Assembly: GCA_000435335.1 (NCBI GenBank)
Contig: FR891307.1
Coordinates: forward strand, 1,300-65,299
Length of the DNA: 64,000 nucleotides
Reading direction: 5' to 3'
Origin: Clostridium sp. CAG:964
Lineage (GTDB): Bacteria > Bacillota > Clostridia > Oscillospirales > Acutalibacteraceae
The position numbers were made by a program, and so were the translations under genes. Below the pieces are notes generated by a model, which had not been told where the DNA came from, searched no databases, and worked only from the letters and a program-made list of their open reading frames with translations. Positions 18,522 to 28,597 of the stretch are shown in pieces (position 1 is the stretch's first letter; each line of letters starts with the position of its first letter).

Positions 18522-20974
18522 TAGTAGTACTCCTTTAAAATTACAACGCTTGTGGTTTCACCTACACATTTATAGTTGCTTCCCGTTAAGTCTGCTCTAT
18601 CCTTCAGTATTGCACCGCTGTAAATATTAACACCATCTGCTTCGTCGGAGCTGTAGCAAGGTATTTTATACGAGCCCTTTTTAAATGTAATATAGTCAAC
18701 CACAGTTCCGTCGCTGAAGGTTTTCTTTATTGTAAGGTCACCCGATGAAACATAAAGCTTATTGCACTTATTTATTCCTGTACCGGAAACATTCTTATAG
18801 AGAAGCGCTGTTACATCTGCGCCTACAGTAATGGCTGTGTTGCCGGAAATATCGCTTTGACCGATACTCTTGGCACCCGAGCCGGTTATACTGCTGACAG
18901 CAGACGGGGTAGGAATGAAGCTTGAGAAGAAGCTTGAGAAACCTCTTGTAATACCGCTCATATTACTGCCGCTGTTATTAACACTGCCTATTGAGCCTGG
19001 AGTACCGCCACCGGGAACAGTTGATTCCTCCGGAGCGTTGTCAGTGAAATAATCGCGTGCCTCATCCGAGAACAAATCCAGTCCTTCAGGTATAGTTGAA
19101 TACACACCCTCATGGGCTGTATACTCTTTGCCGTCATACTTAACTGTAAAGTCGCACATTACTACAAGCTTGCAGCTGCCACTGCCACAGTTGCCATACA
19201 GCTCAAAGGAACCGTTGCCGCCGGCCTCCTTGGAAATAACCTTGCTGGCAGGAATTGATGTTCCTTCATAACTAACCGACGGGCCGATTGTAAGCACAAC
19301 CGTTGGTGCACTTAACTCAATATGAACCTGATTTTTAACATTAAAGTCGGCTTCTCTGAACCACTGGAAGTTCATTGACCTGCCCGCATACATTCGGTAA
19401 TAGCCGGTTGTTGTCGGTGAGAAGTTAGGTGATACAAACAGATTCACCTTTTCTCTGTCGTTTTTATAAGTAAAGTAGTCCTTACTGTTGGAGTAATTAT
19501 CGCCATTTGTCAAGAACCTGCCCTTATCGTCGGTAATTTCGATTGCTGACTCAACTCCGGTTTCTTTACAGCCTGAGTGAATTGTACCGCCGTTTTCATA
19601 GTAGCGTTCTAAATCCGCTGACAAGTCGGCATCCTTCGTTTCTGCTTTATAGACACTCTCTGTTACGGTTTCCCAGTTTCCGGCATTAAACAGTTCTTCG
19701 CCTGACTTTATTTTGTAATAGCCGGCTGTTTTTGTAAAGGTTTTGTTAGCGTCTTTGTAAATACGCCCGTCGCCGTTGCTGGTGAAGAATGTTACATTAT
19801 TAATCAAGTGAATATATACATACTCCTTGTTGTCCGAACCAAAGTACTGAACCCTTGGACTGCTTTTTGTGGTTATACAGTTATTTTTTATTACCAAAAA
19901 GGCACATCTAAAGCCGGGATGATACTCGGTATTTTGCGTCATATATGATACTAAGCCATAGCCGCCAACCCTAGTACCATCATCATAGTACCATCCATAC
20001 TCATTTTTTAATGTCTCATTAACATGGTTAGTTTCATTAGGTGCCACACTTTCAGCAATTCCGCCATACAGATAAATACCTTGGTTATATGCGTACATAC
20101 CGGCTCTTTGGTCATTTGATTCGACCTTGATTGCACGGTCATACACTACAGGGAAATAGGTTCTTATGTTAGCACCATCTGCACCTGCCTCAACCGACGG
20201 CGCATAATAGAACTTATCACCGGTTACCGCATTTGTATCCCACACCTGATATCTCTGTAAAAGTATACTCTGAGAGTTGTCTGTACCTTGTCCATATGAA
20301 TTTTCATTCAAGGCAGACTGCTGACCGACCATCAAAAACTTACCGTTGGAAACGCCGGTAGGACTTGAAGGATTTTCTGACGCTGCTTCGCCCTCAAATA
20401 CATACTTTGTTGTTATAACAGCGTCAAAAGACAGATCGCCTTTATTTTGGGTAACATTGTTGTTGTACTTGCCTGTGATATTCTCAGCTGTAACAGAATA
20501 TTTTCCGTTGCCAAGGTTTTTAATCCTAAAGTAAGTACCCTCGCCGCCTACAATAGCTTTAATCTCGCTGCCCATACTGTCAATGTAGCTATCGCCAACA
20601 TTGGCGGTTGGATTTTCAAGCTTTTGCTTAACCAGCTTTACAAATTTCTGTGCGTCCTGCTCGTTGGAAAAGCTTTTGCGAACAATTGAGTCGTCATCAA
20701 GCTGCAAAGCTACAATAAAGCTTTCCTTACCGGCTATAGTAGGCAGTTCAGCCTGTGTAACTGTGCCAAGCTTTATCATATCCTGCATAGAATCCAAACC
20801 ACTCTTAGCAGAAATATATGCCTGCCTTGTGTTCATGTCTGATCCTGTTTCATTGTTTTGCAAAATTGCCACTGTTGTAATGCCGCCTGTTACCATAAGC
20901 AGAAACAGGCTTATTACAAGTGCCAAAGCAAGAGAAAATCCCTTTTTGTTGTTAAACTTATGCTTATTTAACAT
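18521..20974 (-). CDS. Large (about 817 aa) minor-pilin-like protein, PilK/PilX-class candidate tip protein or adhesin
   Basis: Prepilin-like leader KKG|FSLALALVISLFLLMVTGG lacking Glu+5, as in GspK/PilK. The start is assigned to the ATG at 20974, preceded by GGAGAG. The remainder is a large Gly/Asn/Thr-rich, beta-rich extracellular region. Confidence 0.6.
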   Translation of the reverse strand: MLNKHKFNNKKGFSLALALVISLFLLMVTGGITTVAILQNNETGSDMNTRQAYISAKSGLDSMQDMIKLGTVTQAELPTIAGKESFIVALQLDDDSIVRKSFSNEQDAQKFVKLVKQKLENPTANVGDSYIDSMGSEIKAIVGGEGTYFRIKNLGNGKYSVTAENITGKYNNNVTQNKGDLSFDAVITTKYVFEGEAASENPSSPTGVSNGKFLMVGQQSALNENSYGQGTDNSQSILLQRYQVWDTNAVTGDKFYYAPSVEAGADGANIRTYFPVVYDRAIKVESNDQRAGMYAYNQGIYLYGGIAESVAPNETNHVNETLKNEYGWYYDDGTRVGGYGLVSYMTQNTEYHPGFRCAFLVIKNNCITTKSSPRVQYFGSDNKEYVYIHLINNVTFFTSNGDGRIYKDANKTFTKTAGYYKIKSGEELFNAGNWETVTESVYKAETKDADLSADLERYYENGGTIHSGCKETGVESAIEITDDKGRFLTNGDNYSNSKDYFTYKNDREKVNLFVSPNFSPTTTGYYRMYAGRSMNFQWFREADFNVKNQVHIELSAPTVVLTIGPSVSYEGTSIPASKVISKEAGGNGSFELYGNCGSGSCKLVVMCDFTVKYDGKEYTAHEGVYSTIPEGLDLFSDEARDYFTDNAPEESTVPGGGTPGSIGSVNNSGSNMSGITRGFSSFFSSFIPTPSAVSSITGSGAKSIGQSDISGNTAITVGADVTALLYKNVSGTGINKCNKLYVSSGDLTIKKTFSDGTVVDYITFKKGSYKIPCYSSDEADGVNIYSGAILKDRADLTGSNYKCVGETTSVVILKEYY

Positions 20975-21010
20975 AGTCTCACTCTCCATTCGATAAACTC
21001 ATATACCTTT

Positions 21011-22252
21011 TTATCCACTAATAACACCATACATGCCAAACATTGCAGTAACGATAGAAATTACTACAAATCCAACAATAACAGCAATAATAACCGTCAT
21101 AGCAGGTGTCATAGCGTCCGTCATTGCTTGGGTTGCATCATTAGCCTTATCCTCATACATACCGGCAATTTTTGTAAGAGAATCGGACAGCTGACCACTT
21201 TCTTCACCTACCCTAACCATTGAGGTAAACAAGCTATCAAATACAGCCTTATATCTGTTCATAGAAACATTTATAGGAGTACCGATTTTTACATCCTCAA
21301 TAACCTGGCTAAGGCAGTCCTTCATATATAGGTTTGTAATTACATCTCGTGCCAATGTAAGTGAGTCTAATATGTTTACACCACTCTCGGTTAGTGTTGC
21401 CATCATATTAGCAAAACGAGCAACATTGGTTAATCTGAACACTTCGCCTATAATTGGAATTTTAATGGAAAACTGTGCACAGCCCATAGCAAATGTATAG
21501 TTTTTCTTGCGAAGTACGGAAAAAGCAACACACAACGCAATAATAACTATCAACAATAACCAGCCCCAATGGATTATAAAGTCCGACATACCCATGGTTA
21601 TTTGGGTAATTGCAGGAAGCTCTGAGCCAAAGCCCTCAAACAAATCCTTAAAGGCAGGCAGTACGACTATACTCATTACGATAATAAGAGCAATAGTCAG
21701 CACCAGCAAGAATGCAGGGTACATCATAGCACCTCTGATTTTACCGCTTAGTTTAATTTCCTTTTTCAGCAAGCGAGAGCATTGCTCAAAAGCCTCGTCA
21801 AGCTTACCGTTGGCCTCACCGGCCTGTATAATATTTATATATAACAAAGGAAATGTCTTAAAAGCACCCATAGCTCGTGAAAGCGTTAAGCCGTTGTACA
21901 GGTTAATGCTTATATCACGAAGAATTTGACGCATTTTTTTATCCTTTTCAGAATCTATCATAACCTCCATAGCTATAGAAAGAGAAATACCCGAACGCAT
22001 CATCAGTGCCATTTGGTGAAAGAACACAAGCATTTTATTCTTCTTTAGCTTTAGGTCATGTACATCCTTGTTACCGCCGATTTCCATATCCCATATGGAT
22101 TTTTCCTCTTCCTTGCCTGCTTCGGTAACAGATAAAGGATTCAGATTTCTGGCACGGAGGTTTTTTCTTACCTCCTCTGCACTGTCGGCGATCATTTCAT
22201 TTTTATATTTTCTGTTTTTCTCATTTACGGCAACATATAAATACTTTGGCAT
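21011..22252 (-). CDS. pilC: Type IV pilus inner-membrane platform protein PilC (GspF family)
   Basis: 413 aa with two GspF-type repeats and three TM segments. Confidence 0.85.
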   Translation of the reverse strand: MPKYLYVAVNEKNRKYKNEMIADSAEEVRKNLRARNLNPLSVTEAGKEEEKSIWDMEIGGNKDVHDLKLKKNKMLVFFHQMALMMRSGISLSIAMEVMIDSEKDKKMRQILRDISINLYNGLTLSRAMGAFKTFPLLYINIIQAGEANGKLDEAFEQCSRLLKKEIKLSGKIRGAMMYPAFLLVLTIALIIVMSIVVLPAFKDLFEGFGSELPAITQITMGMSDFIIHWGWLLLIVIIALCVAFSVLRKKNYTFAMGCAQFSIKIPIIGEVFRLTNVARFANMMATLTESGVNILDSLTLARDVITNLYMKDCLSQVIEDVKIGTPINVSMNRYKAVFDSLFTSMVRVGEESGQLSDSLTKIAGMYEDKANDATQAMTDAMTPAMTVIIAVIVGFVVISIVTAMFGMYGVISG

Positions 22253-22258
22253 TGGCTG

Positions 22259-23455
22259 TTACCTCCTTTTTAGGAAGGCAGCAGTACCACCCATATTTGC
22301 GTTATTTCTGAATGCCGGCGGAATGTTAGCATTTCCGCTTGCAGGCATACCCGGCATACCCGGCATACCCGGCATACCAGGTGCAGCACCCTGCTTCGGC
22401 TTCTCGTCAAACAGATCATTTTTACCGGCTTCAAAGCTGTATTCATAGGCTGTTTCAGGAGAAATAATACCCTGTGCAAGCAAATTGTCGATAGACATTT
22501 TTCTGGTAATCATACCCGCACCCTGGTTAAGCTCGATAGATTGCTCGATTTGCGGAATTTTATTTTCTCTAATCAAGTTAGCTATAGCTGAGTTTACAAA
22601 CATTATTTCAAACATACCTATTCGGCCCTTAACGTCGCACCTTGGCAGAAGTCTTTGTGAAACAACCGCCTTCAGTGTTGTTGAAAGCTGGCTAAGTGCC
22701 TGCTTTTGTCTTGCAACAGGATACATATCAATAAGACGGTCAATAGTTTTAGCCGCACTTTCTGTATGCAGTGTTGAAAATACAAGGTGACCTGTTTCAG
22801 CGGCTCTAAGTGCAATTTCCATAGACTCAAGGTCACGAATCTCACCCATTAGAATAACATCAGGGTCTTCACGAAGTGCCGACTTTAGTGCTGAAGAATA
22901 GCTGGCACTGTCTTCGCCCATTTCACGCTGGTTAATAATGCAGTGGTTTGGTGTGTGCATATACTCAACAGGATCCTCCAGTGTAATAATATGCAGGTTT
23001 TTTACCTTATTGATTTCATTTATAATTGCCGCCAGTGTAGTGGACTTACCGCTACCTGTAGGCCCCGTAACCAAAACCAAACCCTCTTGCAAAAGTAATA
23101 TTTTACCCAATGACTCCGGCAGGTTTAGGTCTGACATTTCCGGTGGGTTTTCTTTAATAATACGCATTACAAGTGAAGAACCGTGTCTTTGACGAAATGC
23201 ATTTACTCTGAAACGGGCACAGCCCTCAAGTGCATAGGAGCAGTCGTAGTCACCGGTTGACAGAAAATCTGCCAAGCCGTCGCTAGGCAATACCTGTGCA
23301 ATGTAGCCTAAAACCGTTTCATCGTCAAGAGCGTCAAAGCCTTCAAAATATGTTACAACACCGTTTACTCTGTACGCCGGCACATTGTTGCTGGACATAT
23401 GAATATCAGACGCATTGTTCTCAACGGCAAATCGAATCATATCCTCAAATTCCAA
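22259..23455 (-). CDS. pilT: Type IV pilus retraction ATPase PilT with a C-terminal P/G/M-rich extension
   Basis: Strong PilT similarity (ARFRVNAF, LVLVTGPTGSGKSTTLAA, GHLVFSTLHT). An extra C-terminal tail ...PKQGAAPGMPGMPGMPGMPASG... follows. Confidence 0.85.
   Translation of the reverse strand: MEFEDMIRFAVENNASDIHMSSNNVPAYRVNGVVTYFEGFDALDDETVLGYIAQVLPSDGLADFLSTGDYDCSYALEGCARFRVNAFRQRHGSSLVMRIIKENPPEMSDLNLPESLGKILLLQEGLVLVTGPTGSGKSTTLAAIINEINKVKNLHIITLEDPVEYMHTPNHCIINQREMGEDSASYSSALKSALREDPDVILMGEIRDLESMEIALRAAETGHLVFSTLHTESAAKTIDRLIDMYPVARQKQALSQLSTTLKAVVSQRLLPRCDVKGRIGMFEIMFVNSAIANLIRENKIPQIEQSIELNQGAGMITRKMSIDNLLAQGIISPETAYEYSFEAGKNDLFDEKPKQGAAPGMPGMPGMPGMPASGNANIPPAFRNNANMGGTAAFLKRR
22344..22379 (-). 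repeat. 4 x 9-bp perfect tandem repeat (ggcataccc) encoding (PGM)n in the PilT C-terminus
   Basis: Plus strand ggcataccc ggcataccc ggcataccc ggcatacca. Confidence 0.8.
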
Positions 23456-23484
23456 TTTGTAACACCTTCCTCTCTAAATATTTT

Positions 23485-25206
23485 TTATTCTTCCTGATAA
23501 ACCTCTGCAACAGTGTCGAAGTATGTTTCAAAGGTGATTACACCCTCAACAAGCAATCTTCTAAGATTTTCCTTCATTGAAATCATACCGTCTTTTATTG
23601 CAATATCGTTTAGCTCCTCGGTAGTTTTATTCTCATGAATAGCGTGCTTGATTTTGTTTGTTACAATCATTATTTCATGCACTGCGGTACGGCCCTTGCT
23701 TCCTGCAAAGTTGCAGCGTTCACAGCCGCCTTTTTTTGCGTCATACAATGTTATGTCGCTGTCAAGCGGCATACCTATCATACCAAGCTCGCTTTCGGTA
23801 GCCTTATGCGGTATTCTACAGTAAGGGCAAACCTTTCTTACAAGCTTCTGTGCTATAACGCCAAGCAGTGACGATGACACCATAAACTTTTCAACGCCCA
23901 TATCTATCAGTCTTACAACCGAGCTGGCCGCATTGTAGGTATGTATTGTCGACAATACCAAGTGACCTGTAATAGCCGCAGACGCTGCTATTTCGGCAGT
24001 TTCTTTATCACGAATCTCACCAACCATTATAATGTCCGGGTCTTGTCGCAATATAGAACGCAAAACACTTGCAAAGGTAAGACCTGCTTTTTCGTTAATA
24101 TTAACCTGTGTAATTCCCGGTATAACCATTTCTACAGGGTTTTCAACTGTAATAATATTAGTTTCGTCATTGTTAAGCTGTGACAGGCCTGTGTAAAGCG
24201 TTGTAGATTTACCGGAGCCTGTAGCACCTGACAAAAGTATAATACCACGGTTGCTGTGAAGCAGGGTTTCAAACTTTTCTTTATTTTCTTCTATAAATCC
24301 TATGCTGTCTATTTCCAGCTTAACACCTAGGGCAGTTGTAATTCTGATAACTATTTTCTCACCAAAAACACCCGGCAGGTCAGAAACACGCATATCAATT
24401 TTTGTTTGTCCCACAGTATAGTGCAAACGACCGTCCTGCGGTATTCTTTTTTCTGCAATATTCATTCCCGATATAAACTTTATACGGCTTATAATTGACG
24501 GTGCAAGCTGCTTTGATATTCTTGTATATTCACGCAGCTTACCATCTATACGGAAACGAATTCTCATATCTTCTTCTTGCGGCTCAATATGAATATCCGA
24601 CACCTTCAGATTTACGGCATCCTCAAACATTTTGTTTACCAGCTTTATAATAGGCTGGTCTTCAATGTTTTCTTCCTGTTCATCTGCCTTTTTATCGTCC
24701 ATCTGCATTTGCTGCATAATGTATTCCTGTGCTTCGTCATACATTTTTGCCTGCTGGTCAGAGCTGAACATTTCGTCCTGCTTCGCCTTAATTTGCGACG
24801 GTGTGGAAACAACCATTCTAACCTTTTTCTTTATATAGCTGGATACAGTTGAATTCACACGGTAATCAAGAGGATTCGATGTAGCAAATACAAGTCTGCC
24901 ATTTTGTTCATCTATAGGTACTATATTGTAGTCACGCATCATATTTTCGGGTATAACTGAATGCATACCCTCCGGTATAGCCTTTACGGACAGGTCGACC
25001 ATTTCCAGGTGCATTTTCTCTGCAAGCGTAGCGTAAATGTCCCATTCGCTTACAAGCCCCTCAAGCACCAGTGCCTCCTCCAAAGTAACAGAGTCGTCGT
25101 CCTGGTATTTTTGCTGCACCTTTTTAATATTTTTCAGTGAAACAAGCTCCTTGGCAATAAGGCTATTTTGAATGTTGAATTTAGAATTCTTCATACTAAG
25201 CTTCAC
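23485..25206 (-). CDS. pilB: Type IV pilus assembly ATPase PilB (GspE family)
   Basis: 573 aa. Walker A GATGSGKSTTL, a tetracysteine motif CPYC...CERC and GspE N-domain. Confidence 0.85.
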   Translation of the reverse strand: MKLSMKNSKFNIQNSLIAKELVSLKNIKKVQQKYQDDDSVTLEEALVLEGLVSEWDIYATLAEKMHLEMVDLSVKAIPEGMHSVIPENMMRDYNIVPIDEQNGRLVFATSNPLDYRVNSTVSSYIKKKVRMVVSTPSQIKAKQDEMFSSDQQAKMYDEAQEYIMQQMQMDDKKADEQEENIEDQPIIKLVNKMFEDAVNLKVSDIHIEPQEEDMRIRFRIDGKLREYTRISKQLAPSIISRIKFISGMNIAEKRIPQDGRLHYTVGQTKIDMRVSDLPGVFGEKIVIRITTALGVKLEIDSIGFIEENKEKFETLLHSNRGIILLSGATGSGKSTTLYTGLSQLNNDETNIITVENPVEMVIPGITQVNINEKAGLTFASVLRSILRQDPDIIMVGEIRDKETAEIAASAAITGHLVLSTIHTYNAASSVVRLIDMGVEKFMVSSSLLGVIAQKLVRKVCPYCRIPHKATESELGMIGMPLDSDITLYDAKKGGCERCNFAGSKGRTAVHEIMIVTNKIKHAIHENKTTEELNDIAIKDGMISMKENLRRLLVEGVITFETYFDTVAEVYQEE

Positions 25207-25213
25207 CCCGATT

Positions 25214-25981
25214 TTATAACATGCTTAAATACAAATTAATTAAAAATGCTAAAAGCTGATGCAGCACTATGGTTACAAAAACTCCTATACAAATTGACGG
25301 CCCAAAGGGAATGTAATTTTCTGTTTCCTTTTTTCTTATGGCATTTGCGGCAAGTGTAACAAGTATAAGTACAAATGCGGCAAGTATGGCTATAAGCAGT
25401 GCCATGGCTACATTTGGAAAGCCTGTTGCTATGCCTACGGCAGCAAACAGCTTTACATCGCCAAAGCCCATACCGTCTTTTTTTGCTACAAGCATTGTAA
25501 TTAAATTTACTGCAATTATAAGCAGTCCTACGCTTATGCCCCCCGCCAGCGGCGACCACCAATTTTTAATTAAGTATTGGCTGTGAGTCAGGTCATAATA
25601 CGCAAATATTAACGAAAGCACAGCCGCCAGCACTGCAAACTGGTCGGGTATTATAAAATACTTTCCGTCTGACAGTATAATCATAGTAAGCACAAAGGTT
25701 AAAAGCATTACTATAAGGCTGTACCAGCTAAAGCCAAACACCATATACACAAGTGCAAAGGCCGCACCGGAAAGCAGGCTGCCCAATATATACAGCGGCT
25801 TTCCTATAAAGCGTTTGCCCTCAAGCATATCCTGTGCCGGCTCCTCGTCATAGTCGCACAGCCACTGTGCAGGCACTCTGTTCAGCAGTGCTACTCCCGC
25901 AATATACAGCAGTACGCCTGCAAGTGCCGCCACAGCCGCCAGCGCTATGTTAAACGCTGTAGGTTCTACAAATATATTCAT
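25214..25981 (-). CDS. pilD: Prepilin peptidase (A24 family)
   Basis: 255 aa polytopic membrane protein with the catalytic Asp context GFGDVKLFAAVG. Confidence 0.8.
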   Translation of the reverse strand: MNIFVEPTAFNIALAAVAALAGVLLYIAGVALLNRVPAQWLCDYDEEPAQDMLEGKRFIGKPLYILGSLLSGAAFALVYMVFGFSWYSLIVMLLTFVLTMIILSDGKYFIIPDQFAVLAAVLSLIFAYYDLTHSQYLIKNWWSPLAGGISVGLLIIAVNLITMLVAKKDGMGFGDVKLFAAVGIATGFPNVAMALLIAILAAFVLILVTLAANAIRKKETENYIPFGPSICIGVFVTIVLHQLLAFLINLYLSML

Positions 25982-25989
25982 AGCCCGGT

Positions 25990-26586
25990 TTAACCTACGG
26001 CTTCCGTTGCAGCTGTGGCTGCCGACTCTGTGTCAAAGTAGTACAGCGTTATGCTCATGGTAACACTGCTGTCCTTTGAGCCTTCTTCACCGCTTATGTT
26101 GCAGCTGTTTACATAGTAACAGCCCTTTGAGTTTTGCTCAAAGAATTTCAGCATACTAAGTGCAGTGTCGTAGCTGCCGCTGTAGCCAAGGGCAATATTA
26201 ACGGATTTTACAGGGTAACCGCTGTTGGAGGTTCTGTTCATAGTATCCTCCTGCGGCTCTCCCAGGCTGTAGTTCTTTAAAATAATGTTTCTGTTTGAAC
26301 AATACTCTTCAATTTCTTTTGTACAGGTACTAAGGTCAACAAAAAGCTCCTCTTGCTTTCTGTTGTATTCGTCCTGATTTTTCTTAATTTCTGCCTCTAT
26401 TTGTTTTTGCTGTGACAGTGCAGTGTCGTACTCTGCTATCTTTTTAACATTTGCGTCATGCTCGCTCATAAGAGTCGGTGCGTTACTAATAAGCGACATA
26501 CCAATGGTCATCCAAAAGACAACTGCAACCAAAATAGCCGCCACCAGCACAAACAAAAACTTAGGTATTTTATTTAACTGATCCAT
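25990..26586 (-). CDS. PilO-like bitopic pilus alignment protein
   Basis: 198 aa. An N-terminal TM helix, then a coiled-coil and a C-terminal alpha/beta domain. Its position between pilMN and pilD supports the call. Confidence 0.45.
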   Translation of the reverse strand: MDQLNKIPKFLFVLVAAILVAVVFWMTIGMSLISNAPTLMSEHDANVKKIAEYDTALSQQKQIEAEIKKNQDEYNRKQEELFVDLSTCTKEIEEYCSNRNIILKNYSLGEPQEDTMNRTSNSGYPVKSVNIALGYSGSYDTALSMLKFFEQNSKGCYYVNSCNISGEEGSKDSSVTMSITLYYFDTESAATAATEAVG

Positions 26587-26604
26587 TTCTTTACCCCCTT
26601 GCCG

Positions 26605-28347
26605 TTATGCGTTGGTAGCCGCTTCTGTAGCTGTTTCTACGCTTATAGCACTGCTGCTTTTTAATGTACTGTATCTTTCCTGCTCCTCTTCGGTATCTAC
26701 CACATTGTGCAGAGTAAGTGTAAAGTTATAGGCCTTGCTGCCCTTGTCCTCACTTTGCGATACATTAATTGTGTTGTCTATAACAAAGAAGCCGTCCTCT
26801 GAAATATTTTCCTTTAGCTTTAGGTACTCCTTAAAGCCGTTTATTACGCCGCTAACAGGTACGTTAATTTCGGGTGTTCCGTCTGTTTCGCCATCGCTAT
26901 ATGTAAGGCTATAGCCGCCTATAGACTCTACCTTGTCAACCACCTGCTTTTTGGTCTGCTCCAGTGTTTCGCACATAAGCACAGGTGCCTTTGTAAGCTT
27001 GTTGGCGTCTAATATCTGATCCTCCAGCTTCTTTTTGGCGTCTGCCTGCTTGCTGAGCAGGTCAGCCGCAGATACATACTTTTCTTCCTTAAACTTTGCC
27101 TCGTCCATTGACTTTTGAACATTCAAAAATGCATAAAAGGCACTGCAGGACACTACCGTAAGTCCAACCAGTATTGTAAAGGCTACGGTAACTCTTTTGC
27201 CTATATTAATAGACTTTTCCTTTAGCGGCTGCAGTCCTACCATAAGGTTGTTTTTGTATTTGTCGCCGCAGTTCATCAGGTTGTTAAACAGTATGTAGCT
27301 GCCTGTTTTGTACTGCTCGTCACGGGCGTCTATGTCCAGCTCCGGCAGTGCCATTTTGGTGTTGAACTGGTCGGTAATAACATCAACATCCTTGGCAACG
27401 CCCAGCTTTTTAATAGTACCGGCAACATGAGGGAAAAATCCCACATAGTCGCTTACAACCGCCTGGTCGATATTCAGGTCAAGGCTCATTGCAACAAGAT
27501 TTATGTTGTGTACAATGTCGGTAACAATGTCGTCTCTTAGCTGGTCTATTCTGCGCATTGACGCAGGGTTGTTGTAGTTGTAGTCCTTATCAAGTCCCCA
27601 CTGCTTAATATACTTTATAGCCTCGGGTATAGAAAGCTGTCTGTCCTGTGCGACAATATCCACCGCCTCTATTAAAGGCGAACGGTATGTGTGGGTGTAC
27701 AGCGGCAGAGAATCCCTAACCAATACCACACGCAGTGCACAGTAGTCTATTGACAAATAGCATACGGTTTTATTGTAGGTATATACAACATCACGGGCAA
27801 CCTTAAGCGCCGCAACATCGGCAGGCACAATTTTTTGCAGGGTAAGCCCCATTTCCGTAAATCTTCTGCCAAGCTCTGTAGACAGCTCTCTTGGTATAGC
27901 AAAGGCTCTGGAGGTAAGCTCCGGAATTTCCTTTGGCGGAGTGCCGTAAGTAGTTGTAATTACAGAGAACTTGGAAACCTCCTCTTGGAGAATTTCCTTT
28001 AGGTTGTCTACAGCGATGCTGTTCAGCACCTTTTTGTTGCAGCGTGCATGCTGAAACTCGGAAGTAACAAGGTCAAACTCCTCTACAAGCAGAATAACCT
28101 CCTTAACCTCCGGTCTTTTCATTTCACGCAGGCCGTCATGAACCATTGTGGCAAACGCCTTTGGCACCTCCCACACTGTTTCCTTGCCCTCCATATACTC
28201 TCTGTCAAGAGGCTTTATGTAAGGGGCGGTAAAACGGTAAGAAAGGTCTACGGTTGCCTCTTTTTTCTGCTCCTTTTCCTTTAGGATAGGCTCACAGCAG
28301 GTAAGGCACATATAGTCCTTGGAAACCTGTACTATTACTGATTTCAA
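26605..28347 (-). CDS. PilM-PilN fusion (actin-like ATPase domain + TM + periplasmic PilN-like domain)
   Basis: 580 aa. An N-terminal ~370 aa PilM/FtsA-like region, a central TM helix VTVAFTILVGLTVVSCSAFYAFL, and a C-terminal ~180 aa extracytoplasmic domain. Confidence 0.7.
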   Translation of the reverse strand: MKSVIVQVSKDYMCLTCCEPILKEKEQKKEATVDLSYRFTAPYIKPLDREYMEGKETVWEVPKAFATMVHDGLREMKRPEVKEVILLVEEFDLVTSEFQHARCNKKVLNSIAVDNLKEILQEEVSKFSVITTTYGTPPKEIPELTSRAFAIPRELSTELGRRFTEMGLTLQKIVPADVAALKVARDVVYTYNKTVCYLSIDYCALRVVLVRDSLPLYTHTYRSPLIEAVDIVAQDRQLSIPEAIKYIKQWGLDKDYNYNNPASMRRIDQLRDDIVTDIVHNINLVAMSLDLNIDQAVVSDYVGFFPHVAGTIKKLGVAKDVDVITDQFNTKMALPELDIDARDEQYKTGSYILFNNLMNCGDKYKNNLMVGLQPLKEKSINIGKRVTVAFTILVGLTVVSCSAFYAFLNVQKSMDEAKFKEEKYVSAADLLSKQADAKKKLEDQILDANKLTKAPVLMCETLEQTKKQVVDKVESIGGYSLTYSDGETDGTPEINVPVSGVINGFKEYLKLKENISEDGFFVIDNTINVSQSEDKGSKAYNFTLTLHNVVDTEEEQERYSTLKSSSAISVETATEAATNA

Positions 28348-28520
28348 AAATAAACACCACCTAGTTTTTTTATTTTTATATAGAGCCGTTTCGGCAAATT
28401 TAACTAATTATACAAGCAAAGCAATAAACAGCTTCTGTTTTGAATTAAAGGCGAAATCATATAATTAATCATTAAATTATTATTATAACACAGATATATT
28501 GCAATTGCAAATTTTATTTA

Positions 28521-28560
28521 TAAAATGCGTAAGGCTCGCACACAGCGAGCCTTACTTTTT
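28521..28560 (-). terminator. Intrinsic terminator after pilA1
   Basis: gtaaggctcgc-acaca-gcgagccttac flanked by T/A-runs; probably partial, allowing read-through into pilMN. Confidence 0.6.
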
Positions 28561-28597
28561 ATTAAATTACGGAAAATTTATTTTACGGTAAAGTAAA

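Noticed and set aside
22068-22479. Plus-strand ORF (126 aa) and minus-strand ORF (69 aa) spanning the pilT 9-bp repeat
   Set aside because: Shadow frames created by the tandem repeat. The PilT frame is strongly supported.
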